Made by a program: the position numbers and the translations under genes. From IMG/VR virus record IMGVR_UViG_3300033233_000003: a stretch of 64,000 nt of DNA, one strand, 5' to 3'. Positions 31,637 through 40,628 of this stretch are shown here, piece after piece. The notes below the pieces were generated by a model that made no database searches, had not been told where the DNA came from, and saw nothing but the letters and a program-made list of their open reading frames with translations. Within the stretch, counting starts at the first letter, position 1. Every line of letters begins with the position of its first letter. Origin of the DNA: an uncultured virus (IMG/VR IMGVR_UViG_3300033233_000003) (lineage: Duplodnaviria > Heunggongvirae > Uroviricota > Caudoviricetes).

Positions 31637-32241
31637 AGAATCGAAGCAGGATCGATCGTGTACAGACCGTCGCGTTTCAGCCAATGAGCCATCGCCCACG
31701 CTTCTTGGAAACGAATGTCAGCCATCGTCAAGCCGTAGTCGCGGCACAGTTTCTTGAATTCTTGATAGACGGTCGGTCTCTTGACGAAGAGGATCCACAT
31801 GAGAGCTGCCTCAGTGGTGAGAAATGTTTTGCCGCCATGTTTATGCGAAGGCCGACGGATCACGTTGCAGCGTCGACATCGAAGGGTCATGTTTTCAAGG
31901 CGATCGGCTTCGTCGCCGTGATCTTCTCTCGTCTCGATATGGTCGGCCTGCAATTCGAGCCGACTCCCACAGTCGGCGCAGCGTCCAGTCTGATTGAAGT
32001 GCCACTGAATGACAGCTCGCATGATTTGTCTGGGTGGAAAATGCTTCTGGAACGTTGCCTTCGACGCGATCGACGTGCCAACCTGAGAAGGATTTAGATG
32101 GCCGAGCATCAATGCGGCCACCTGTTGGTACGTCACCAACCCGGTGTCCGTGAACCATTGAATTAGGCGTCTCCAGTTGTCTTCGGTCCACTGCGAGTCC
32201 TTCTCGGGGAAATCAGCGAACGGCGAGCCATGCTTGGCCAT
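31633..32241 (-). CDS. HNH endonuclease (putative cognate restriction enzyme)
   Basis: CADCG...LQADH...LENMTLRCRRCN; convergent with the MTase. Confidence 0.8.
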   Translation of the reverse strand: MAKHGSPFADFPEKDSQWTEDNWRRLIQWFTDTGLVTYQQVAALMLGHLNPSQVGTSIASKATFQKHFPPRQIMRAVIQWHFNQTGRCADCGSRLELQADHIETREDHGDEADRLENMTLRCRRCNVIRRPSHKHGGKTFLTTEAALMWILFVKRPTVYQEFKKLCRDYGLTMADIRFQEAWAMAHWLKRDGLYTIDPASIL

Positions 32242-32966
32242 GTCGAGCGATCGTCAGTTGCTCTGTCGAGGCGGGCCAACTTTGGGGTCCGGGTGCCCCT
32301 CCTCGTCGAGAGCCGACCGGAGGCGTGATGGGCAGCGCGCTGGTCGTGATGACGGTACCCGAGGAGTGTCTTCCCGTGTCCGCGCTCCGCATCGCGGACA
32401 AGGACGGCGAGCCAGTTCCTGTCCCCGGGTTGAGCGGGTGGCCCTGGAAGCCGCGGGAAGAGCTTGAGGCGACGCTCTCCGCCCACCCGGACGCCTTCTG
32501 GGTCCTGCGCGTGCCGCGGAGCGCCGTCTGGGACCCTCCGGGCGAGTCCGGCGTTCTCGCCACGAACAAGGTGGCGAGGGGTCCATGGCGGGCGGGTCCG
32601 CCATTCGCTCCTGCACTTCCTGAACGACAAGCTCGGCGAACTCGACGGAATGGTACGGACGGGATGGTGGATCTTGCAGCGGGCACGTGTGCGGCTCGCG
32701 ACGTTCGAGGAGCAGTCGTGACCGATGCGCATTTCTCAGAATTTTCCACCCGCCGAAGTGCCGTCTCTAATTCCAACGGGTCGGCTCAGAATTTCGTCTC
32801 AGAATGCAATTCTGCGCCAAAGCCCGACCTCGTCAAAGACAGCCACGACGCAGCGAAGAAGATGCAGGCGGCAGAATCCGATGCTTTGCCCTCGCTGCGT
32901 CGTGCGGAGCGAATTCAGTGACTACGTCCACGACGCGTCTTCGCGCGTCGATGAGGAGCCCTCGCG

Positions 32967-33461
32967 ATGACCGGCTTCAACGTCTCGACGAATCTCCTGG
33001 AGGCCTTCACCGCGACCGTCGAGTCCATCGGCGACTTCATGATCCGGAGCGTGCTGGAGCTGATGACCATGACGAACGTCCGCTACCTGCAGGCCCATCC
33101 CGACACGCCGCCCTGCACCGAGTCCACGGCCTGGAGTGCTCCGAGGAAGATCTTTGCGGACGACGAGGCCGCCTGGTGTGACGTGGGCAAGATCCTGGAG
33201 GATGGCGCGGCGAGCGGCCCGAGCCTGACCGCCTGGCGCGCCGCGGAGCTGATCGTCAAGGGCGCACTCGTGTGTGTCCGCATTCGTCAGGCCCGACCGT
33301 CCTTTGCCATTCAGACTGGCGTCGAGATCGTCGTCATGCCGAAGGACGGTTTTCCGAACAAGATCCGCCGCCGCGTTCAACGGCTGCTCGCGCGGCAGCG
33401 GCGCGGCGAGCCTTTCGCCGAGATCGTGCCGGGCATCCCTACCTCGACGGAGTGGCAATGA
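32967..33461 (+). CDS. Paralogue of the transglutaminase-like protein lacking the catalytic Cys
   Basis: YLQAHPDTPP...WCDVGKILEDGAASGPSLTAWRAAELIVKG aligns with the exteins of 57990-59405. Confidence 0.65.
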   Translation: MTGFNVSTNLLEAFTATVESIGDFMIRSVLELMTMTNVRYLQAHPDTPPCTESTAWSAPRKIFADDEAAWCDVGKILEDGAASGPSLTAWRAAELIVKGALVCVRIRQARPSFAIQTGVEIVVMPKDGFPNKIRRRVQRLLARQRRGEPFAEIVPGIPTSTEWQ

Positions 33462-33582
33462 CGAACAGCGTCGAGACGAGACAACTGCAGTTCCCGAGCG
33501 TGCCGCATTCGAGCTTCACCGCAGAGGACGTGCTGAGCGTGCTGAGCATACTTACGAGTGCGGTGAATCGGGGTGAGAAATC

Positions 33583-34170
33583 ATGATCATCGTCGTCGGC
33601 TCCGAGAACCCCGTGAAGATCGCCGCGGTGGAAGCGGTTTTTCAGCCTTACGGTGAAAGCTCCGTGGTGAAACACGTCTTCCGCAGCGTGCCGGCGAAGT
33701 CCGGCGTGCGCGAGCAGCCGCTCTCGCTCGACGAGACGATCATGGGCGCGTGCCAGCGCGCGAGGGACGCGCTCGTCCTCGATCGAGAGGCAGATCTGGT
33801 GGTCGGTCTGGAGTCGGGCGTCTTCACGCAAGGCACGGACAACTATCCGTCGCAGATGTTCGACGTGTGTGCTTGCGCCATCATGCGGCGACGAATCCCA
33901 GATTGTCACAGCGAACCTTACGTGGGGCTCTCCTCGGCCTGGGTCGTCCCGCGAGCCGTGGCGAACCTGCTGATCGACGACAAGATCGACATGGATGAGG
34001 CCTTCTTTCGCGCGGGCCTCACGAAGGAGAAGAAGCTCGGGAGATCCGAAGGTGCCGTCGGACTCCTCTCCAAGGGTCGTCTCACGCGTCAGGCTTACAC
34101 GCAGCAGGCGATCGAAGCGGCGCTGATCGCGATGAACCATGAAGAAGCGAACGCGGAGAAGAGGAGATGA
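33583..34170 (+). CDS. yjjX: Inosine/xanthosine triphosphatase (YjjX-like)
   Basis: GSENPVKIAAV, SGVREQP, GACQRA, VGLESG, GAVGLLSKGRLTR. Confidence 0.88.
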   Translation: MIIVVGSENPVKIAAVEAVFQPYGESSVVKHVFRSVPAKSGVREQPLSLDETIMGACQRARDALVLDREADLVVGLESGVFTQGTDNYPSQMFDVCACAIMRRRIPDCHSEPYVGLSSAWVVPRAVANLLIDDKIDMDEAFFRAGLTKEKKLGRSEGAVGLLSKGRLTRQAYTQQAIEAALIAMNHEEANAEKRR

Positions 34171-35615
34171 CTGCCATGAACGAGTTGGCGCTCAACGATC
34201 TGATAGGGCCAGCCTTGGACAAGGCCGCCGAGGCGGCCGTCTCGGAAGTCTCGTCGAAGTTGAGAGATCTGCGCGATGCCGTCTCTCGCTACGAGGACGC
34301 TGTGCGCAGCCACGCGCGACACCGAGCATTGACGACGATGTTGGCCGCCATCGGTCAGGCCCCACCGGAACATTTGGACGACAGGGAGACCGCGGCGGCG
34401 AACTTACGATCCGCGCTGGACTGGCTGGCACCGGAAGTCGCTATCCTGCCGACGCCGCTTCTACCGACGCCCACATTGCGCTCGGCGTCGCTCGAAGAAT
34501 CGAAGCAAGTTGAAGCACCTCGAAGCGAAACACCTCGAAGCAAGGCGAATCAAGGTGAATTGAATCAAAGCGAATCGATGCGCGTGAATGCGGCGCATGC
34601 GGCGCCGCCTCCGACGAAGACTTCGCTCGTCGAGGACCCGCCGTCGAAGGAGACGCTGAAGTTCTGCTACGGCGCGCTCCGCGAAGTCGGCGAGTTCCGC
34701 GAGAAGGCCCCGGCGATGCACGAGCTTCGCTCGCTGCCGTGGCTGCAGGCGGTGGTCGCGGATCTGCGCGACGCGCTCCGCAGGCTGCCCGGCAAGCACG
34801 TGATGTTCCAGAAACTAGAAGGAGCGATCGGCTTCCTCGGCGTCATGAAGCGCGAGGCCAATCAACAGGGACGCGGCCCGAAGGGCTTCGTCAAGGGCCT
34901 CGCCTACGAGGATCAGTTCGACGAGGAGGCGAGCTGGGCGGCGATCGGCAGGACCTGCCGAGCGAAGATGGCGCAGTTCGATCGAGACGCTGAGATCGCC
35001 GACAAGATCGCCATGCAGAAGCAGGCCGCAGCGGCTCAGAAGGAGGTCTCGGCGGCTCAGAAGGAGGCCGCTGCCCAGAAGCGAGCCGAGAAGGCGAAGA
35101 AGACCGAGGAGACGAACGGGAAGTCGATCGAAGCCGCCGACGCCATCGTCGTGGAGCCGCCGCCTGCCTGGCCGAATCTCCGCAAGACGCTCCTCGACCT
35201 TCCCGTGCTAGTCGTCGGCAACGTCAAGAAGGCGACCGAGCGCAGGGACCAGATCAAGCGCCGCGTGGATGTAGAAGCCGAGTGGTGCGTCATCGACAAC
35301 GACAAGGGGAGCAACCGCCAGCTCGACAACGTGACGGCGAGGATCCTGTCTGGCAAGGTCGGAGGTGTGGTGATCCTCGAAGGCTTCGTCCACCACAAGG
35401 TCACGAAGAGGATTCAGGGCGCCTGCTTCGACGCGCTCGTGCCTCATTCCTACGGCAACAAAGGCGGCGTCGGCGAGATGAAGGATGCGCTCTCCGAGCT
35501 AGACCGCAAGCTCGGCTGCATCGACAGGTTCAGCGCGCCGTCCGCCGACGCGATGTTCTCCGTGATGAGCGCGCAGATGAACGGCCAAGCGAGCGGAAGC
35601 GGGAGAGGAGGCTGA
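34167..35615 (+). CDS. Hypothetical protein, helical with a C-terminal alpha/beta domain
   Basis: Long coupled ORF with a short AAQKE repeat. Confidence 0.65.
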   Translation: MTAMNELALNDLIGPALDKAAEAAVSEVSSKLRDLRDAVSRYEDAVRSHARHRALTTMLAAIGQAPPEHLDDRETAAANLRSALDWLAPEVAILPTPLLPTPTLRSASLEESKQVEAPRSETPRSKANQGELNQSESMRVNAAHAAPPPTKTSLVEDPPSKETLKFCYGALREVGEFREKAPAMHELRSLPWLQAVVADLRDALRRLPGKHVMFQKLEGAIGFLGVMKREANQQGRGPKGFVKGLAYEDQFDEEASWAAIGRTCRAKMAQFDRDAEIADKIAMQKQAAAAQKEVSAAQKEAAAQKRAEKAKKTEETNGKSIEAADAIVVEPPPAWPNLRKTLLDLPVLVVGNVKKATERRDQIKRRVDVEAEWCVIDNDKGSNRQLDNVTARILSGKVGGVVILEGFVHHKVTKRIQGACFDALVPHSYGNKGGVGEMKDALSELDRKLGCIDRFSAPSADAMFSVMSAQMNGQASGSGRGG

Positions 35616-35619
35616 CGCC

Positions 35620-36024
35620 GTGGGCCGCGTCAAGATCACCATCCTCTACGACGACGCACAGGAGGACGAGACCGCGCAGTGGAGCGCCTTCGGGATCTTC
35701 TCGGAGGATCGCGGGCCCATGCTCAGCATCGAGCGATGGGAAGAAGGCACCTCGGGGTGGCACGCGCCTGACGCACGGCGGAAGATCGACTTCACGCTCA
35801 ACGGCATGGTCAACACGCCGAACGAACTCGTCGCGCTCGTGCTCGGGAAGGCCGCCGCGATCTTGGCCGACGAGCACGATCGAGCGGACTGCCCGCACGA
35901 GGAAATCGTTCCGATCAGTTGGCTGAACGCGGAAGGCGTCCTCGGGCTGATGTTCTGCTGCGCGAAGTGCGGCGCAGAGGTGAAGTTCGTGGCGCTCTCC
36001 GAAGGTCATGGGGTGACGCCGTGA
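35620..36024 (+). CDS. Hypothetical zinc-ribbon protein
   Basis: VKITILYDD...CPH...CCAKCGAEV; tandem paralogue follows. Confidence 0.7.
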   Translation: MGRVKITILYDDAQEDETAQWSAFGIFSEDRGPMLSIERWEEGTSGWHAPDARRKIDFTLNGMVNTPNELVALVLGKAAAILADEHDRADCPHEEIVPISWLNAEGVLGLMFCCAKCGAEVKFVALSEGHGVTP

Positions 36025-36496
36025 CCATCGAGTCTTGCGAAGAGTGCCGAGGCGTCTTCCACCTGCTGAAGGGCGCCACGGCCACGACGAGGAAGAGTGT
36101 CTGATGGCACACGTCAAGATCACCATCATCTACGACGACGAACAGGTCGGCGGTGAAGGCGCGCCGTGGAGTGCTCGCGCGAGCATGAACGAGGCAGGCA
36201 CGAATGTCTTCCTGAACATCGAGCGTTGGGGCGACGATCTTGTGTCTGAAGCTGAGGGCGGACCCTTGTATGGGTGGACGCCGCCAAGCTCACGGCGGGA
36301 GATCGACTTCGCACTGGCCTCCACGAAAGGCGCTCATCATCAGGGAATCACACGGGGCCAACTGGACCTGGCTTTGCACCTAAACCCCCTCCTGCACCTA
36401 AAGTCGACATCCTGAAACCTCGCTGCACCTAAAGTCGCTCGTTCGATTTCCTCTCATCGAAGTGAGTCCCTCGACCTCGCGCGCCGTCAGAGATAC

Positions 36497-37033
36497 ATGA
36501 CGAAGCAGATCGATCGCTCCCGCTCCATCCTTGTGAATCTTCTGCGACAGGTAGCGCCCGACGCGCGCGAAGTGCACTACACACGCCTCGCCGACGCCTA
36601 CCAGGAGGTCATCGATGCCGTGCTGGCGGCCATCGACGCCGCCCCGCCCGTCTCCATGCGCCTGCCCAAGGCTCGCGTCTCCAAGCCGGCTGAGACCGAG
36701 GCGCACGTGCATTCGGCCACCTGCGAGCACATGCACGACGCCGTGGCGGGCGCGGAGGCGGCCACCGTGCCGGGCGCCATCCGGTGCGTACTCGCGAACG
36801 AGCGCGATGGTCTCAGTCCCCGTGCCGTCATCGCGGGCGTCATCCTTCTTCGCCCCGGCACCTCGGACGCGCTGGTCCACGGCTCGCTCCACCAGATGAA
36901 GAAGCGTGGCGAGGTCGTGCGCATCGGCGCGAACGGCAAGATCGGCTACGCGCTGAATCCCACCTTCGACAAGCTCACGCTCGTGGACGCGCAAAGCGCG
37001 CCCAACGGCGCTGCGGGAGGTGAGGCGCACTGA
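36497..37033 (+). CDS. Winged-HTH accessory protein (element E)
   Basis: TVPGAIRCVLANE...VHGSLHQMKKRGEVVR. Confidence 0.8.
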   Translation: MTKQIDRSRSILVNLLRQVAPDAREVHYTRLADAYQEVIDAVLAAIDAAPPVSMRLPKARVSKPAETEAHVHSATCEHMHDAVAGAEAATVPGAIRCVLANERDGLSPRAVIAGVILLRPGTSDALVHGSLHQMKKRGEVVRIGANGKIGYALNPTFDKLTLVDAQSAPNGAAGGEAH

Positions 37034-37134
37034 ACGTGGCATCGCAGCCACGCGTGCGTGTCGCGCCTCCCACGTAGGAGGCGAAAAGATGAATCGAGAC
37101 CCGGCGCCGCGACCGGGAGGGTGGAGCCACGCCT

Positions 37135-37332
37135 TCACTTGGCCCCTCCCTCCCGGCCATCCTTCGCCTCACGGATCGCGATCGAGCGCATCCACGTGGA
37201 GACGTTCATCCCACGTGCCTCGGCTGCGTCCGTGAACTGCTGCTTCATCTCCTCGGTCACGAGCACCTTGATTAGCGACTCCTTGCGGTCGTTCGCCGCC
37301 TTGAGACGCCTCTTGCGCTTGCCCACTTCCAT
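37135..37332 (-). CDS. Ribbon-helix-helix regulator (element E)
   Basis: LIKVLVTEEMKQQFTDAAEARGMNVSTWMR. Confidence 0.85.
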   Translation of the reverse strand: MEVGKRKRRLKAANDRKESLIKVLVTEEMKQQFTDAAEARGMNVSTWMRSIAIREAKDGREGGAK

Positions 37333-37419
37333 CTGACGTGCGACGATATGGCCCTATTCAGGCCCCTGTCAATCGACTTGACGCCTGAATAAAACAGGGC
37401 CATACTCAGTCCATATACC

Positions 37420-38712
37420 ATGATGCAGGTCGAGCAGGTCCAGCAGGCGGCGCGGGCGCAGCGCGCGGTCGCCATCGCGAAGCACGAGACGAAGCGGATC
37501 ACTCGGCGCGGCCACCTCTGGGTCGTGCCCTCCGCAACCCACAGCGGGACCTACGTCGTCGAGAACGACGGTGTGAAGTCCTCCTGCACCTGCCCCGACC
37601 ACGAGCTACGGCGCCAGCCGTGCAAGCACGTGATCGCGGTCGAGATCGTCCGCACGCATTCGATGCCCGACGGCACCATCATCATCGATACCCAGCGCAT
37701 CACGTACTCCCAGGACTGGTCCGCCTACAATGCGGCGCAGGGCGAGGAGAAGCGGCGCGTGCCGATCCTGCTCAAGGATCTCTGCAAGGGGATCGTCGAG
37801 CCCGTGCAGGCCCTCGGGCGACCGCGCCTGCCGCTCAAGGAAGCGATCCTCGCGGCGGCGATGAAGGTCTACGTGGGGCTCTCCGGGCGGCGCTCCGAGA
37901 CGGACATGGACGACTTGGTCACGAAGGGCATCCTCGGCTCGCGCAAGCGCCGCGACCCGCAGCACACCGCGCCGCACTTCAACACCATCCTGCGCACGAT
38001 CGAGCGGCCGGACATCACGCCGCTGCTCCGCGAACTGGTCGAAGCCAGCGCAGCGCCGCTGAACGCGATCGAGACGGACTTCGCGACCGATTCGAGCGGC
38101 TTCGCTAGTGGCATGTACTCGGAGTGGTTCGACCACAAGTATGGCAAGGTCGAGGCGAAGCGCCGCCGTGAGTGGGTGAAGGTCCACCTGACCTGCGGGG
38201 TGCGCACGCACATCATCACGGCCGTGACGGTCAAAGAAGAATGGAGCGCGGACTCACCCGAGATGCCGGGGTTGCTCGACGCGACGGCCAAGCGCTTCAC
38301 GGCACGTGAGCACAGCGGAGACAAGGCTTACAACGGCCACGAAAACGTGGCGAAGATCATCTCGCTCGGCGCGACTCCGCTACTGCCCTTCAAGGACGGC
38401 ACGGGCGAGGGCGTGGACGCGCCGCTGATCTACAAGCAGGCGTTCCACTACTTCCACTGGCACAAGCCCGACTTCCTGCGCCGGTACCACAAGCGATCGA
38501 ACGTCGAGACGGTCTTCTCGATGATCAAGCGGAAGTACGGGCCGGACCTCTTCGCCAAGTCGTTCTCCGGGATGGTCAATGAGGTCTACCTCAAGGCCCT
38601 GCTCCACAACGCCGGCTGCCTCGTGATGGCGATCCGCGAGCTTGGGATCGACGCGCAGTTCTCGGAGATGTTCGACGCGGCCGAGATGATCGGCATGGGG
38701 AGGGTGGCGTGA
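37420..38712 (+). CDS. SWIM zinc finger-DDE transposase, element E
   Basis: CTCPD...CKH; ATDSSGF, SGDKAY, YHKRSNVETVFSMIK. Confidence 0.92.
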   Translation: MMQVEQVQQAARAQRAVAIAKHETKRITRRGHLWVVPSATHSGTYVVENDGVKSSCTCPDHELRRQPCKHVIAVEIVRTHSMPDGTIIIDTQRITYSQDWSAYNAAQGEEKRRVPILLKDLCKGIVEPVQALGRPRLPLKEAILAAAMKVYVGLSGRRSETDMDDLVTKGILGSRKRRDPQHTAPHFNTILRTIERPDITPLLRELVEASAAPLNAIETDFATDSSGFASGMYSEWFDHKYGKVEAKRRREWVKVHLTCGVRTHIITAVTVKEEWSADSPEMPGLLDATAKRFTAREHSGDKAYNGHENVAKIISLGATPLLPFKDGTGEGVDAPLIYKQAFHYFHWHKPDFLRRYHKRSNVETVFSMIKRKYGPDLFAKSFSGMVNEVYLKALLHNAGCLVMAIRELGIDAQFSEMFDAAEMIGMGRVA

Positions 38713-39597
38713 AACTCACGAAAGCCCAGCGCTCGATGCTCACGAAAGCCCAGCGCTCGATGCTCACGGATGTTGCGCGGGATGGCTATGTCCATGGGGC
38801 ACGACATGCCCAAGGAACGGGTCGGTTGCTCGCGATGGGCTTGATCGAACCACGATCGGTGGGCGGCCTCTATCGAGTGACGGACGCCGGATACCAAGCG
38901 TTAGAGTCGACCGATGTCTGATGCCGATATTCATTTTCGCAGAGAACGCGTGACTGTCGTTGCCGGCTTCAACTGGCTCACGACCGCGCCGGATCCACGA
39001 TCGCGAGCAATCGGATACGACGCAGGCCAGCGTGGTTGGCGGAGGCACGCCGTCCGTTCGGCCCCTAGCGAAAAGTTTGGTGACATCAGAACACGCGCCG
39101 CAGCATGTGGACTTGTTCCTGCCCACGGATGGAGCGTCGACCTTTTCATCGAGACTGAGTGCCAACGCTGCCTCGTGGCGTTGAAACGGGCCGAGATGAT
39201 CGGCATGGGGAGGGTGGCGTGATGGAATACGCTCGCAACGGGCGCAACACGGCTCCCGATCTCGTGATGGATCTCTCGAAGTCGGATCAAGAGATTCACC
39301 GTGAACTGCGCGCCAAATGGCCGCTAGTCATCGACCTCTGGTGGGAACTGGAGATGGATGAGCGGTCCGGGTGGGTCTACAATCGTAACCGTTGCCTTGT
39401 TCGACTCGTTCATGTGGTTGCGTGAGGAGCGATTCATGGAAGTCTCCGAACGAACCCTAATTGCTGGCTACCTGCATCGTCGTGTCGATGCTGTCCAGCA
39501 GGTCATCGACACAGCGCCAGTGTTCAGCAAACGATACGATTTGGCGGTCTCCGAATTGGAGGAACTCGAAGAGTTGCTTGGGTTGGACGATGGGTGA
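38709..39597 (+). other. Small cargo ORFs of element E (38709-38921, 38914-39222, 39219-39425 and a further short ORF)
   Basis: Overlapping starts and stops; 24-bp tandem duplication in the first ORF. Confidence 0.5.
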
Positions 39598-39618
39598 GAA
39601 GAAGGAGCCGAAGCCGAA

Positions 39619-39843
39619 GTGATGTACGCCTGCGCCAAGCACAACCAATCTGGATACGACGGCAAGTGCCCCGCGTGCGCCACCGAGCAGGCGGCCCTCG
39701 CGAAGCGTTCACAGGCCCTCGTGGCCGTCGTGGCGCTTCTCGCGCTTGCGGTGTTGCTTGTCTTCCTCGTCCTGATCGAGCGCAGGAACGCCCGCCTAGG
39801 CGTCCGCACGCCGTCGATCTTCATGCCGATGGACTCACCATGA
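39619..39843 (+). CDS. Small membrane protein (cargo of E)
   Basis: Homologue of 9037-9210. Confidence 0.7.
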   Translation: MMYACAKHNQSGYDGKCPACATEQAALAKRSQALVAVVALLALAVLLVFLVLIERRNARLGVRTPSIFMPMDSP

Positions 39844-40628
39844 TGAGCGTAGGCCGCAACGATCCGTGCCCGTGCGGGAGCGGTAAGAAGTACAAGCGGT
39901 GCTGCCTCGCAAACCAAGGCTCGACCGCCGTCACTCACATCACCTCACCGACGCTTGACGCGGAGGCGTTCGTCGCCGAAGTGCGACAGAAGCGCGGCGA
40001 GCGGATCTTCCGGCGAGCGCGCGGCTGGGAGATCCAGATGTCGTTCGGGGCGCCTGAGTTTCAGAAGATGTTCGGCTGCGACGTGTTCTACCTCACGGCG
40101 ATGCTCTACCCGGCTAGGCGTCCCTCGCGAAGTGACGACTGGCGAGCCCTCGGTGAGATGCTCGGCCCTTTGGGAGCCCCGCGCGAGCCTGTGCTGCCTT
40201 GGGAGGACTTCGCGCCGATGGCGCCTCACCACTTCGCCTGGAGCACCGAGACGGGCGAGCGGGTGGAGATTCCTGAGTTCGCGAAGGACGCGATTCGGTT
40301 GCTCCAGCGGCAACGGTTCGGCGATCCAGCGGCGTGGCAGCACGGGAACGGCCCCTGCGCGCACTGCGGGGAACCCGCCGTCGCCCTGGTTGGCTGCCGG
40401 TTCTGCGACAAGACGTACGCGCACTGCGCGAGCCACGCTTCGCAGGTCAAGACGACGATGAGCGGCCACGGCCTACGTGTGCATCCTGACAAGTTGCCGC
40501 GAAAGGTGATCGATGCACTACTCCGCGACGAGGGCGGATCGCTGTCTGAGATCCGGGCTGAGGCTGCGAAAGACCCGGAGATGTGGAAGAAGCTCACCGA
40601 TTTTATTGCCGCTCGGAGTTCGCGATGA
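39840..40628 (+). CDS. SEC-C motif protein (cargo of E)
   Basis: VGRNDPCPCGSGKKYKRCC. Confidence 0.8.
   Translation: MMSVGRNDPCPCGSGKKYKRCCLANQGSTAVTHITSPTLDAEAFVAEVRQKRGERIFRRARGWEIQMSFGAPEFQKMFGCDVFYLTAMLYPARRPSRSDDWRALGEMLGPLGAPREPVLPWEDFAPMAPHHFAWSTETGERVEIPEFAKDAIRLLQRQRFGDPAAWQHGNGPCAHCGEPAVALVGCRFCDKTYAHCASHASQVKTTMSGHGLRVHPDKLPRKVIDALLRDEGGSLSEIRAEAAKDPEMWKKLTDFIAARSSR

Larger units (their letters stand above)
26236..32824 (+). mobile_element. Element D: complete SWIM-DDE cargo transposon (6589 bp)
   Basis: Perfect 17-bp IR GGCTTTGGCGCAGAATT. 9-bp TSD CGACCTCGT at 26227-26235 and 32825-32833. CTCAGAAT/CGTCTC subterminal repeats. Confidence 0.95.
26085..32970 (+). pseudogene. Small Cys-rich backbone gene split by element D
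   Basis: 26085-26235 joined to 32834-32970 gives MSVTRTMVQCHRC...DDSTSSKTATT...LCPRC...PSR*. Confidence 0.75.

Noticed and set aside
32325..32921. Additional cargo CDS in element D
   Set aside because: It runs through the terminal repeat and competes with another frame; possibly a degraded gene but not supportable.
25618..32984. 19-bp direct repeat as the target duplication of element D
   Set aside because: The true IRs and 9-bp TSD lie further inside, at 26227-26252 and 32808-32833.
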